Of a DNA stretch of 64,000 nucleotides, positions 38,807 through 53,059 are shown in pieces. The notes under the pieces are model-generated. The model saw only the letters and a program-made list of their open reading frames with translations. It did not search any database and was not told the DNA's origin. The stretch is from Octopus sinensis (lineage: Eukaryota), in assembly GCF_006345805.1 (NCBI RefSeq), contig NW_021824849.1, positions 1,698 to 65,697 on the forward strand. Reading direction: 5' to 3'. Both the position numbers and the translations under genes were made by a program. How positions within the stretch are numbered: position 1 is the first letter of the stretch; the number at the start of each line of letters is the position of its first letter.

Positions 38807-39589
38807 AATAGGTGTTCATGTTAGGTGGATCTCAAGTTCGCCTCTCAGATTTCATCTCCAGTTTCACAGTAGAGGGACGATACTTGTAAGCAGTCCTTTA
38901 CTCCACAAAGAAAATCGATATTATTGTCTAACCCCAGGTCAACCATAATCCAGCAGTCCTCAGGCACGTATGTAATCATTATTCAGTCCCAGGTCAACCC
39001 TGATCTAGTCATATCACATGCTAGTAGTCGTTGTTTAGTCCCCAGATCAATCCTTATCCAGCAGTCCTCCGGTACGAAGGATGTGGACCGAACTTCGAAG
39101 GTGCAACCCACAAATGAAATTTCTGGTTATATCTAGCATGTCTCCATCTAACTAAGGACCAAATGGCACACTCTGAGATGTACTAATTAATTGTATGGCG
39201 TTACAGTCTGACAGTCAGGACATATCTCGCTCTATTCAACGGCTGTATTCCATGAAATACTACACACTCCGACATGCGATGATAATTCGTATGGAGTGCA
39301 ATGTCATATCCTGGACGTACAGCACTTTCTTCATTGCTCAGCCAATTTATGTTCTACAGTGTAGAGTACAGTCAGCCATCACACGTGAGCGAGTATGACT
39401 TGGTACCATGCACCGTGCTTTTGTAAATTGTTTCAGGTGCATGTGTAGTAGTGAATAGGCACAGACACCTTTTCAGCCTCACCTCTCATCCATAACCTAG
39501 CGACACATGAGAGATGTGATAGCTGGAAGGAGAGAGATAGTGTGCGTGTGTGTGTGTGTTCTTGAAGCGATGCTTTTGACAGTTTTATT

Positions 39590-39975
39590 TCTCTCTTTTA
39601 CTCTTTCTCTTTTACTTGTTTCAGTCATTTGACTGCGGCCATGCTGGAGCACCGCCTTTAGTCGAGCAAATCGACCCCGGGACTTATTCTTTGTAAGCCC
39701 AGTACTTATTCTATCGGTCTCTTTTGCCGAACCGCTAAGTGACAGGGACGTAAACACAACAGCATCGGTTGTCAAGCAATGCTAGGAGGACAAACACAAA
39801 CGCACGAACACATACACACACATATATATATATACATATATACGACGGGCTTCTTTCAGTTTCCGTCTACCAAATCCACTCACAAGGCATTGGTCGGCCC
39901 GGGGCTATAGTAGAAGACACTTGCCCAAGATGCCACGCAGTGGGACTGAACCCGGAACCATGTGGTTGGTTAGCA
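39590..39975 (-). mobile_element. SINE family A, near full length
   Basis: Close match to 20275-20708; head truncated next to the family D copy. Confidence 0.9.
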
Positions 39976-40007
39976 AGCTACTTACCACACAGCCATGTAA
40001 TAAAATA

Positions 40008-40262
40008 AATAAATGCGCCCTTTTAAAGCCTAGCCAGGCTCACGGGCCCGGTTTCCTGGTTTCAATGGCGTATGTGTTCACCTGCTGGACGGAACGCCAG
40101 TCCATCGCAGCGTTACTCATTTTTGCCAGCTGAGTGGACTGGAGCAATGTGGAATGAAGTATTATGCTCAAGAACACAACGCGTCGCCCGTTCCAAGAAT
40201 CGAAACCACAATCTTACGATCATGATGCTGACACCCTAACCACTAAGCCACGCGCCTCCACC
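40008..40262 (-). mobile_element. SINE family D
   Basis: Reverse complement of 27474-27735. Confidence 0.8.
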
Positions 40263-40529
40263 TTTTATACGTATGTCTGCAAAAAAGGCTTCAATTACAT
40301 TAGTTGCCGTCATTGTTGTTGTTGTTGGTGTTATATTGTTGTTGATGTTGTGGGTTTTTAATTACTTCCTTAATCACCGTTCTGAGTTCAAATCCCACCA
40401 AAGGTCAACATGCTTTTGTTGTATTGTTCCTTTTTATTTTCTTATTTCTAAATTCGGTAAAATAATTATCATTCAAGTAGATACTGTCTTAGTGTCATTG
40501 TGTATCAAAATAGAAAAGGATGGTCATCA

Positions 40530-40584
40530 AGTGGTGGTGGTGGTGGTGGTGTAAGGCGGTGGCAGCAGTAGTAGTAGTGGTGAC

Positions 40585-40626
<42 letters not shown>

Positions 40627-40715
40627 GATAGTAGTAGTAGTGGTGGTGGTGGTGGTGACAGTAGTAGTAGTAGTTGTAGCAATGGTAGTGTTGGTGGTGG
40701 TGGTGGTGGTAGCAG
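40530..40715. repeat. (GTA)n/(GTG)n compound repeat
   Basis: Direct reading. Confidence 0.95.
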
Positions 40716-41165
40716 TAGCTGCTGAGGCCACTGCTGCGGAAAGGACAAGCAGTAAGTACTGCAGTAGAGGCTGCGATGAGTTGTATGCACAAATTTTCAT
40801 TGAAACTTGGTTGGAAGTTTGTACTTTAAGCGCTTCCAAACGAAAACTTTAAACACATACACACACACACACATCCTTTCACACGCATACACAAGCACTA
40901 ACAAACATATATACAACCTTCCTACAAACTCGTGCAAGCCCATAAAACACACGCATACGCTTACATATACAGGCAGATACGCACGCTTCCGTGTATGTAT
41001 ATATTTGATTTGAAAACCCCACTGGAATGGGAGAAAGCGCTAATTATCTGAATGATATGATATATATATGTAAAAAATGTAATATATAAATAAATATCTG
41101 TAAATATGAACCATCCGATCTTCTGATTACCTCATTTCTTCTAATATATATATATATATATATAT

Positions 41166-41340
41166 ACAAGACGGGCTTCTTTCAGTTTCCGTCTATCAAA
41201 TCTACTCATAAGGCTTTGGTCGGCCCAAGGGGCTATAGTAGAAAACTCTTGCTTTAGGTACCACGCAGTGAGACTGAACCCGGAACCCAGGGTGTTGGGA
41301 AGCAAGCTACTTACCACACAGCCAGACACTCCTGCGCTTA
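41166..41340 (-). mobile_element. SINE family A, 5' half
   Basis: gacgggcttctttcagtttccgtcta...acagccagacactcctgcgc. Confidence 0.8.
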
Positions 41341-41352
41341 GACATATATATA

Positions 41353-41894
<542 letters not shown>

Positions 41895-42039
41895 ATCTGT
41901 TTCAACACACGACTTCACATAAAAAATTGCACCAACAAATATTTAAACGTATATATATATATATATAATAATATATATATATATATATAATATGAATAAT
42001 ATATAATATATGCATATAAACATACATATATATTTATAC

Positions 42040-42195
42040 ATGCATATATGGGTACAGGACATTAAAAAAATGTAGACAACGAAAACATAAAAACAAAAAC
42101 ATACAAAACTAACTTTAATTTAAACAACCGAAAAAACAGAAACGCGACAGGCAACACAAAGAACATACCCCTTCACCAGTTGTCCCCTGTTTATA
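42040..42195 (-). mobile_element. Penelope-like terminal repeat (PLE-b)
   Basis: Minus strand aaacaggggacaactggtgaaggggtatgttctttg. Confidence 0.55.
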
Positions 42196-42423
42196 TATAT
42201 ATATATATATAGTGAATCCAAACAAGAAAAAAACAATAACGCGTGGACGTGGTACAAGTATTGTATTATCAGACGCACAGGAAAGGAATGAAAGAGGATT
42301 TAGCGTTTCGAGCAAAGTTCTTTTTCAGAAATAGAGTAAAGTCCAAAGGAAGGGAAGTCAGAGGAAGAAAATTGCCAACGATACACATGTGGTTACATTT
42401 TGAAATGTACATATATATATATG

Positions 42424-42465
<42 letters not shown>

Positions 42466-42633
42466 TGTATGTATCTATCTATCTATTTATATATATAATA
42501 TATATATATATATCTCCCTGGTTTTTTTACTGAGATCTCCCTTTTTAGTAGAAGAAATAGCTATAACTCTTTGACTGCTATTTCTAATTCGGTCTGTGTA
42601 AGGCAATTCGTTGCTAAACCCCTTTATTGCTTA

Positions 42634-42681
<48 letters not shown>

Positions 42682-42684
42682 CCC

Positions 42685-43030
42685 TAGGACAGAGTTATTA
42701 TTGGCGGAGTCATTTCCGAGTGTCGGAAGATGGTCCGGAATTTTATGAAGAAATCTGTCCAGCGAACTTTTGAATTTTATGGGCTCCGTTTCCGTTTTGG
42801 TTGGGTATTAAAGACAGCTGGACCGGTTAAGGCAAAGTAGTTGTGACATAATGTTGTTATGCGTCCTGAGTTCGATTTTTTGTAGTGGGTGCATAGCACC
42901 GGGGCCAAGTCTCGGATGGATTTTAAAATTGATGCCAAAATCATTTGTGCAATATTGATGGAATATTTTCCACATCATACAAATGATGTAGCACTCCCGG
43001 CGGCGTTGGAGAGAGTAGAGATTGGTTTTT
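42685..43030 (-). pseudogene. CR1/L2-group LINE 3' coding fragment
   Basis: LYSLQRRRECYIICMMWKIF...FKSSLDRFLHKIPDH...NNSV matches the CR1-group C-terminal pattern L.SL..RR.R...WK...FK..LD.FL..IPD. Confidence 0.75.
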
Positions 43031-43383
43031 CTAGTCGACCCCAATAGTCAATGCTACTCATGCCGTCTATCTTTCTTATGTATGTATGTATGTATGTATG
43101 TATGTATGTATGTATGTATGTATGTATGTATGTATGTATGTATGTATGTATGTGTGTGTGTGTGTGTGTGTGCGTGTGTGTGTACAGACACAGAATAATT
43201 TCCGTGAATTCTAACGGCTTAATTTTCAGTAGTCACGAACGCAAACATACACACAGTAACTGTATATATTTGCATTTCTGAGTGTTTATATACAGTGTGT
43301 GTATATACTTGTGTGTCAATACATGTTTATATGTATGTATGTGTGTATAAACACACACACGCATGCTTATATGCATATAATAT

Positions 43384-43772
43384 ATAGGCGCAGGAGTGGC
43401 TGTGTGGTAAGTAGCTTGCTAACCAACCACATGGTTCCGGGTTCAGTCCCACTGCGTGGCATCTTGGGCAAGTGTCTTCTGCTATAGCCCCGGGCCGACC
43501 AATGCCTTGTGAGTGGATTTGGTAGACGGAAACTGAAAGAAGCCCGTCGTATATATGTATATATATATGTGTTTGTGTGTCCGTGTTTGTCCCCCTAGCA
43601 TTGCTTGACAACCGATGCTGGTGTGTTTATGTCCCCGTCACTTGGCGGTTCGACAAAAGAGACCGATAGAATAAGTACTGGGCTTACAAAGAAAAGTCCC
43701 GGAGTCCGATTTGCTCGACTAAAGGCGGTGCTCCAGCATGGCCGCAGTCAAATGACAGAAACAAGTCAAAGA
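43384..43772 (+). mobile_element. SINE family A, full length
   Basis: Close match to 20275-20708. Confidence 0.92.
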
Positions 43773-43789
43773 GATATATAATATAATAT

Positions 43790-43821
<32 letters not shown>

Positions 43822-43944
43822 CTATATATATATGCATCTGTATTTGTGAGTGAGAATATAGTATGTATACATTCATGTATGTATCTTTCGCATACATCTT
43901 TTGTCTGTACGAGTGTGTTGTGTAATTCACACACACACACACAC

Positions 43945-44312
43945 ATTCTGAGTTCCAATTCCGCCGAGGTTGACTTTGCCTTTCATCCTCTCGGGGTCGA
44001 TAAATTAAGTTCCAGTCACGCACTGGGGTCGATGTAATCGACTTAATCCCTTTGTCTGTCCTTTTTTGTCCCCCCTATGTGTATAGCCCCTTGTGGTCAG
44101 TAAAGAAATAAGAAACATTAGCACGCCAGGCAAAATGCTTAGCAGTATTTCGTCTGTCTTTACATTATGAGTTCAGATTCCCCCGAGGTCGACTTTGCCT
44201 ATCATCCTTTCGGGGTCGATAGATTAAGTACCCATTGTGTACAGGGGTTGATCTAATCGACTGGCCCCCACCCTCCCCCAAAATTTCGGGCCTTGTGCCT
44301 TGAGTAGAAAAG
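43945..44312 (+). mobile_element. Family B SINE pair
   Basis: 5'-truncated unit joined by aaagaaata|agaaacattagc to a second unit. Confidence 0.8.
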
Positions 44313-45057
44313 AATATACTTTCACCGAAAGATTGCCATACACGCACGCGCGCAGATACACACAAACACACACACACACATGACTGGCTTTCGCACAACT
44401 TCTGTCTCTTAGATTTGCTCACAGATCATGGTCATCACGGTGCTATAATACAAGAAAGTGTTCCCACGATGGCGCGCAGGTGGAACTGAACCTGATACCT
44501 GTTGGTGTCTAACCGAGATTCTTAAGCATACAGTCATGCCTACGCCCTTTTATATTTATTTATATATTTATTTGCAGACTCACCCCTGCGGCTGTAGACT
44601 CACACCTAGTAGTCTCTTAGAGGTGTGTCTCACCGATCTCCCTTCCCATGTAGGCTTATCGTAAACCATCCTTTAAAGTAGTCGCATGCCTGAAGCACGT
44701 AGTGTAGGAATATTATACACACTCACACCCCCAACCCACAAACGGTGTGTGTGTGTATGTGGATATGTTTCTGCGTGCGTATATGTGTGTGTACTCCGGT
44801 TCTGCCCTCACGAAGTTGGGTACCACTCAAGAAGAGTGGTCCCGGTGCGCGCACTCGCGTACCCGCGCATCCGCGCTAGCTAGTCGTGACTAGTCGATCC
44901 TACAACGACTACCTAGCAAAAGTAAATAAAACACAAAATAAATAATTTTTTTACACAAAGTAAATAATTTTTTTAAAACAAAGTAAATACAACACAAAAA
45001 GTAAATTATTTAAGCCAAAATTTTGGACCGTCCGAATTGTAAATTGTGATTACTCTC

Positions 45058-45460
45058 TCTTTACTCTTTTACTTGTTTCAGTCATTTGACTGTGGCCATG
45101 CTGGAGCACCGCCTTTAGTCGAGCACATCGATCCAAAGACTTATTCTTTGTAAGCTTAGTACTTATTCTATCGATCTCTTTTTGCCGAACCGCTAAGTTA
45201 CAGGGACGTAAACACACCAGCATCGGTTGTCAAGCGATCTGGGAGGGACAAACGCAAACACATAAACACGCACACAAACAAACATACATATATACGACAG
45301 GCTTCTTTCAGTTTCCGTTTACCAAATCCACTCACAAGGCTTTGGTCGGCCCGAGGCTATAGTAGAAGACACTTGCCCAAGGTGCCACGCAGTAGAAATG
45401 AACCCGGAACCATGAGGCTGGTAAGCAAGCTACTTACCGCACAGCCACTTCTGCGCCTAA
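45058..45460 (-). mobile_element. SINE family A, full length
   Basis: Reverse complement of the family A structure. Confidence 0.9.
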
Positions 45461-45640
45461 TCTTTTTTTTTTATTTCGAAAAATTAAAAAAAATATTTTT
45501 CTTCATAGTCGAGTGAATTCCCGTGTGTACAAATTGGCAAAGATTTTCTGAAAATTTCCCTCCTCGCCAAAAAAGAAAAATAATTGAGGGGTTGAACAAG
45601 TGGGCTCAAAAGCAGAGTTACGCCCTATTTTGCTATAGGT

Positions 45641-45860
45641 CGGTGGTTCTCAACTATTTTCTACCTATGGGCCCCTTTAATTCCTATTTTACTCCGATGG
45701 ACCCTCCTAGTCATTCGGAGGAAGTGTATATATATAAAAAAATTTTTAGATATTTTGTGAATTGAAGAAGAGTAACAAATTTATTGTGGATAACTTTTAA
45801 CAACTAAATCTTATATGGAACCCTAAGGGGTCAATGGTGGATCCCGGTTGTGAACCACTG
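45641..45860. mobile_element. hAT/Charlie-like MITE
   Basis: TIRs cggtggttctcaac and ggttgtgaaccactg; candidate 8-bp TSD ctataggt/cgattggt (6/8). Confidence 0.65.
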
Positions 45861-45987
45861 CGATTGGTAATGTTGCGGTCGAACTAATAAAAGTACACAT
45901 GTGTATGAAAGTATGTATGTATGTATGTATGTATGTATGTATGTATGTATGTATGTATGTATGTATGTAGTGAGTGTGTGTGTTTGT

Positions 45988-46031
<44 letters not shown>

Positions 46032-46423
46032 TTTAGTTGCCAGTTCTGTACAAGACATTGTAGATCTTTGGCTGGGCTAAAAAGTCTCATTCGATCACAG
46101 CACCAGTAACAGTTAAGCTTCGTGCAATGGCCATACTCGATAGCGAGGGGGCAGCCATAATAATGTATGTATGTATGTATGTATGTATGTATGTATGTAT
46201 GCATGTAGGTAGGTTGGTTGGTAGGTAGGTAGGTGTATATGTATGCGGAGGGGAAGCGTGCAATGGCGCCTTTGGCTGACTGTATGGAAGGCCAACAATG
46301 TCAGCACTATACTTAACGTTATCACCTTTGATCATCTACATCTGTATACCATAACATCTTTGTTGTTTTTCTCTCTCTGTCTTTTCTTTCCCTCTCTCAT
46401 CTCTCTCTCCACCACCACCACCC

Positions 46424-46454
<31 letters not shown>

Positions 46455-47291
46455 TTACCATCCCGATTCCACCTCCCATACACGATTTTAAAAAAGTAGG
46501 GTTGTATGCAATACAATGTTTTTCGTGCCATTAATTTAATGTAAGATTTTGTGTTGATTATATTAATTTAACCCTAATTTAGCAGTAACATAACACAACA
46601 ATTAAGACTCATACATTCATGCGTGTTTATAAGTACATACATAATTACATGATGGCCGCGACTAGATTTCAAACAATGTCATCATCGCTTGATTGTTCTC
46701 TTAAACACGAGCTGCACAGATGTGGTCTTACAGTCCTGCTTGGGACCCACTCCCTTTTGCACAGATGTGGTAACAATGAGTGCCTCTTACTGAAGAGTTG
46801 CGAGGACTTACCAGTCTGGCTGACACATGCCTTCATTCAATCATTGGATTTTATTGAGTGCTTTCCCTATACCCGAAGGTGTTAAAATACCCTTTGCCTA
46901 TACCCGAAGCTGTTAAAAACGAGCTAATCTCATTCCCTAAACAACGTAGGAATTGTATATAAAAAAAAATTGTTAATATATTTTGGGGTCGATCTACGTC
47001 ACTGTTTATGTGGAAATTATGTGTACTTGTAGAAGCAACATTTGTAGAACATAGGAAGAAGGTTAGTAACTGTAACTCTATTTAAAAAATCGAAAATTAA
47101 CCTTCTTCCCAACTCTATAAACAAAAACGAAGACGTGAATGATATAAGACCACCATGAGGTTTCACAGCTGGCGACATTCCAACAGATTCTATAGTGCCA
47201 GCCAGCCAAACTACATTACTGGCTCAAGTAACTGACCACTGGACCTCTATAACGACTATGGTAAATAGCAGGCACAACCGCAACGATTATT

Positions 47292-47345
47292 GTAGTAGTA
47301 GTAGTAGTAGTAGTGGTAGTGGTGGTGGTAGTAGTAGTGGTAGTG

Positions 47346-47416
<71 letters not shown>

Positions 47417-47428
47417 GGTAGTGGTAGT
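47292..47428. repeat. (GTA)n/(GTG)n repeat
   Basis: Direct reading. Confidence 0.95.
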
Positions 47429-47449
47429 CAGGATTATATGCCGGTGAAA

Positions 47450-50400
47450 TGCGCCCTTACGGAAAGTTTCCGAGGAAAAATAACTTTGGCTTTGAAGTAA
47501 TCTCACGAGGAGAGAGTATTCTCTACCAAAGTAAGTAAGAAAACACCAGATGCGGTATTAAAAGCTGTCAAAGAACTTGGTGATGTGTATTTACAACTTT
47601 GTGATGAGTCCACATACTGGAAGATCAACGCCTGCTTATATTCTCTGGCTATATTGTAAAACAGTAAATGAATGATATTCAAAAAGTAAACCAAACCAAA
47701 ATAACAAAGCAAGTACCATCATGGGTTTTGAAGACAGAGAAAAAGATATTACTGGTTTACGGAAGACCATAAGTCATGTAATGATGCTTATTGCATGCAA
47801 ACAAGTAAATCATTATACGTCCCACTAACAGAAAGTAAAGAAGAGGATAGAAATGATAATGCAAACTGATTACTCTCAAGCAGGAGCTAAAAGCTGTCAG
47901 TGAAAAACTCCGACACCAAAAGTAAATAACCGAGAGAAGAACAATAAACAAGAAATTTTAACTGCAAGCAGGCAGCAGTATACAGAGACATGAGAGGAGG
48001 AGCAGTAAACATCTCGGAAGCTCCTTCGCGAAAAGACAGATTAATTCTGGAGGAAAATCTGGAGTGAAGAGAAGGAATTTAACCAAGATGCTTTATGGCT
48101 GGAAGAAATCCGAAAAAGTTAATACTCCTGGGTTACAGCCAAGACATACAACATTGATGGTGGAACTCTTGCAACTTTGATCCAGAAACTCCAGGATGGA
48201 AAAAGTACCTGGAAGAGACTTGATTGTTAGATATTGGTACAAGAAGCTAACATTATACCGACCATATCTTATCAATCTGTACCAGTAAGCTTTCATTGGG
48301 AACAGTAACATACCACACTGGTTAGCTCTGGCAGAGACAAAATTGATCCCCAAATGCAGAACTACCCATATGGCAAAAAAAAAACAAAAAAACTACCGGC
48401 CTGAACTTAATGTATAAGATATGTATAGCATGTTTAAACCTCTTCCTCCAGGACCATTGTGAAACCAATAACATTATCACAGCAGAACAAGCACCCCGGA
48501 AGAAGTGAGTCTGGGGATGTGCCAAGCAATTGTTAATTAACAAAACTGTGGTGTCAGAGGTGTGAGAGCATAGGAGGAACCTAGTTTCAATGTGGCTAGA
48601 ATACAAGAAGCCTTTGACTTTGTTCCTCACTCATGGATGCTAGAAACCCTTCAACTTGCTGAAGTTCCAGTGAGAATAGTCAAAGCTATAGCTGACCTGA
48701 CTTCATCGTGGGCCACCATCTTGAAATTAAACACAAAGTGACTGTATTATCACCGATAGAATACAGTATCGCAAAGGCATATCCCAAGGAGACATCCTCT
48801 CTGTGATGTTGTTTATACTTTATGTAAACCCTTTGTCATTCATGTTAAGGAAGTTTGCAAGATATCTCACTGGTTCACAAGGTAACAGAAATACCAAAAT
48901 TACACAGTTTCTAAAACTTTATGCAAAGAATATGCATGCGATGAAAAAGAGCCTTGACCTAGTTACAACATTCTCAAAGGATGTAGAGTTGGAATTTGGT
49001 CAGGATAAATGTTATATGATTGTGAAAAGGGGAATAACTATAAACCAGACTAATAACATCTCCATCGATGATTTGACTGTTTCCCTGTATCTGACGAGGA
49101 ATGTTACAGGTATCTAGTGGTGGATGAAAATACAAAGAGTGACTGTATTATCGCCGATAGAATACAGCGTCGCAAAGGCATATTCCAAGGAGACGGCCTC
49201 TCTGTGATGATGTCTATATTTTCTGTAAACCCCTTGTCAAACCCTCTTGTCAAAATACGTGTCACTAAATAATATTGCAGCCGAATAAAGAAATTTGGAC
49301 CTCAGAACTCTTTGCATTCAATAAAACAGTGGCCCACAATGTGTTTGCAGTGCCCGTACCCATACCAACACTTGGGCTGCTTGATTGGACACTTGATGAG
49401 ATCCGAGCCATTGATGTGAAAACCCGAAAAATACTAACAAGTACACATAATTTCCACATGAACAGTGACGTAGACCGCCTCTACTTAAAACGGAAACAAG
49501 GCGGTAGAGGCTTAACATCGATCCGAAATGCCTTTGAATGTCGCATCATTTCCCTTCGGAAACATCTTTTAACCACCAATTTTCGAAGTGCGTCTCTTGA
49601 CCAAGTTTGCATACATGAGGCTGATAACATCATAAGACTTGGAAGGCAGCTCCTTGAGCAAAAGTCTTTGTCTGATAACCTAGAATACATGCCCGAAGAA
49701 ATCGCACGACTCTATCGCAACATATCATCAGGTGAAAAGATAAGCTTATATGAGTAGAAGACTATGTATGGATATGTTAGTAGAAAGCACCGTGATGATG
49801 GCAACATCGATCATCAAAGAAGTTTATCTTGGACCAATAGCCGGATTATTACCTCCCACTTTGAAGGGTATGCGTTTGCAATCCAGGAACAGGAAATATC
49901 AACAAAGTACCTGATGCACAAAAGGGATAGAGATGCAGGAAAAGCCGTAATTGTGACAACCGATGCAGACTTTGTGGAGTTCATACTGAAGATATCACCC
50001 ACATCATAAACAGTTGTCCGAAAATATCATCACGGTATTATCTACCGATGAGACATGGCGTTGTATCTAGGACACTCTATAATGAAATCCGTCGGAAGGA
50101 TAATCCCGAGGAAAAAGAAATGAGAACCCACAATATGGTAGAAGCCATGGCCACCCACAATGAAAAGGAATACTGGTGGAATGTACCAGTGAAGATCTCA
50201 ATAAAATGTATGCACAACAGGTTTAATATAATGAATTGGGATAGAGAAGAGAAACTTTGCGCAATTGTAGAAATTAGCTGCCCAGCTGAAGATCAGTGAA
50301 AAAGAGAACACCTATGTTGAACTATTGAGAAACCTGCAGTTAGTCTATCTAGATTACAAGTTCAGGTTTATACCTGTAATTATTGGGGCCCCGGGATATG

Positions 50401-50600
50401 TAACACACTGCCTAAATTCCAATCTCGAGAAATTAGGCTTCTCAAAACCAGAAAGTAGAAAGCTAATTCGAAGACTACTGATCCAATCCATCACTGGAAC
50501 TGTAAAAATCTGTAAAACTTTCCAGAAGTTTATCATTTAGATGTATATATGAGCATGTCTATATATGCAACTATATGCATGAGAATACATACATAAAAAA
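47450..50600 (+). mobile_element. R4/Dong-like non-LTR retrotransposon, 5'-truncated and decayed
   Basis: RT motifs GI(F/S)QGD.LS; WTLDEIRAIDVKTRKIL...DVDRLYLKRKQGGRGL; FAIQEQEI; RLE-like end HNR...WDREEKLCAIVEISCP and FIPVIIGA; many stops and frameshifts. Confidence 0.88.
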
Positions 50601-51155
50601 TACAAACCTGCACGTACATACATACATACATACATACATACATACATACATACATACAGACAGACAGACAGACAGACAGACAGACTGAACATTATCATCT
50701 TTAAAATAATCATGAAAGAAATTAAATACCTTCCATAAAGTAGCGAATAATGAAAAAGCATGTCACAACCTAAAAGCAATTTCTTCGATGGAATCCTCGA
50801 ATCTATTTCCTGGAATCCTAAACTTTCCCTTCGATGTTGGTGGTGATGGTGATGGGGGGGGGGAAGAATCCTCCACACTGCACATCCACCCACATCAGGT
50901 TAAGTATTGCAGATCAAGATGGTTATTTATTTTCGCCCTTGTTATGGTAGCGGTATGTTAAAGTGGACGATGACGCTAGTTTTGTGTTACCATCTACGTT
51001 TGTTTCCGCTCAGAATTGAAAGCTGCCTCTTCTCTCCCATCCGGAAAATTCTCGACGTGTTTCTGCTGATCATTTCCGCAAATCTCCAGAATTTTCCAAC
51101 ATCGAGGTTAGTCACATTTTTCGTTGGTGGTTAGCCAGGGTTCATAATTTATTGG

Positions 51156-51186
<31 letters not shown>

Positions 51187-51274
51187 ACAGACAGACAGAC
51201 AGACAGATAGATAGATAGATAGATTGATAGATAGATAGATAGATAGATAGATACATACATACATACATACATAA

Positions 51275-51306
<32 letters not shown>

Positions 51307-51403
51307 GATATACAGGTATGGTGATAAGTGCCAACGCACGGAACTCTTGGACCTTGCGTCATTTTGTCATTTCTGCTAAATATTTGTGTGTGTGTGTGTG
51401 TCT

Positions 51404-51805
51404 ATAGGCGCAGGAGTGGCTGTGTGGTACGTAACTCGCTTACCAACCACATGGTCCCGGGTATAGTCCCACTGCGTGGCATCATGGGCAAATGTCTTCT
51501 ACTATAGCCTCGGGTCGACCAAAGCCTTGTGAGTGGATTTGGTAGATGGAAACTGAAAGAAGCCCGTCGTATATATATATATTTGTGTGTGTGTGTGTTT
51601 CTATGTTTGTGTTTGTTCCCTCACCATCGCTTGACAACTGATGTTGTTGTGTTTACGTCCCCGTAACTTGGCGGTTCGGCAAAAAGAACCAATAGAATAA
51701 GTACTAGACTTACAAAGAATAAGTCCTGGGGGCGATGTGCTCGACTAAAGGCGGTGCTCCAGCATGACCGCAGTCAAATGACTGAAACAGATAAAAGAAT
51801 AAAAA
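51404..51805 (+). mobile_element. SINE family A, full length
   Basis: Family A head, body and tail. Confidence 0.9.
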
Positions 51806-52489
51806 TGTATATATGTATGTGTATGTACATGTATATTTCTTAGGAACCGAAACCCAGAGACTATCAAATTCCTCAGAGAGACACAAATGCAGAAATTCAA
51901 GGAGATTTTTTGTGTTTTTTAGTTTTGTTTTGTTCTGTTTTTGTTTTTTGTTCTTTTTTTAGAGAAACACTTAAAATCTTTTGTTCCAAGCGTCAGACGG
52001 TTTGGCGTAACGGAACTTTCTATCTTGAAGGACATTAACAGAACAGGCATGGAGACTCTGGAATTACATGGAGACTCTGGAATTACTGATCTTCAGTTAC
52101 AATTAATCTACAATTACTGATTCAAAACCTATCATATTTTATGGTATATAAGAAGCACGTCTCTCTTTAAAATAAAAATCATTCCGAGTTCTATGTACGA
52201 AGTTGATCACCTCATGAACTTTAACATACTAAAAATGTTTTATCATGAATATGCGCTGCTGAAATTGGGATGCTGGTTTCAAATTTTGGCTCAAGGCTAA
52301 TAAGTTTGGGCAACAGACTTCTTTTAGCTTCAGTCTACTCACAAAGCTTTTGTTCGTCGGTCCGAGATTATAGAATAAGACACTTGTCCATGATGCTACG
52401 CAATGGGACTGAACCCGGAGCCATTTTATTTGAGAATCATGCTTCCCGTCACTTCCGAACCTATATATATATATATATATAGTTCTTTA

Positions 52490-53058
52490 TTGCCCGCAGG
52501 AGGCTAAACATAGAGGGGACAAGCAAAGACAGAGAAAGGGATTAAGTCGATTACATCGACCCCAGTGCGTAACTAGTACTTATTTAATCGACCCCGAAAG
52601 GATGGAAGGCAAAGTCGACCTCGGCGGAATTTGAACTCAGAACGTAGCGACAGACGAAATACCTATTTCTTTACTACCCACAGGGGCTAAACACAGAGAG
52701 GACAAACAAGGACAGACAAACGGATTAAGTCGATTACATCGACCCCAGTGCGTAACTAGTACTTATTTAATCGACCCCGAAAGGATGGAAGGCAAAGTCG
52801 ACCTCGGCGGAATTTGAACTCAGGACGTAGCGACAGACGAAATACCTATTTCTTTACTACCCACAGGGGCTAAACACAGAGAGGACAAACAAGGACAGAC
52901 AAACGGATTAAGTCGATTACATCGACCCCAGTGCGTAACTGGTACTTAATTTATCGACCCCGAAAGGATGAAAGGCAAAGTCGACCTAGGCGGAATTTGA
53001 ACTCAGAACGTAACGGCAGACGAAATACCGCAAAGCATTTCGCCTGGCGCGCTAACGT
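52490..53058 (-). mobile_element. Family B SINE trimer
   Basis: Three units of about 183 bp with identical junctions at 52663/52664 and 52846/52847. Confidence 0.9.
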
Positions 53059-53059
53059 A

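Noticed and set aside
52490-53058. Regularly spaced repeats resembling a CRISPR array or tandem gene
   Set aside because: Units are head-to-tail SINE copies with no unique spacers, in a eukaryotic context
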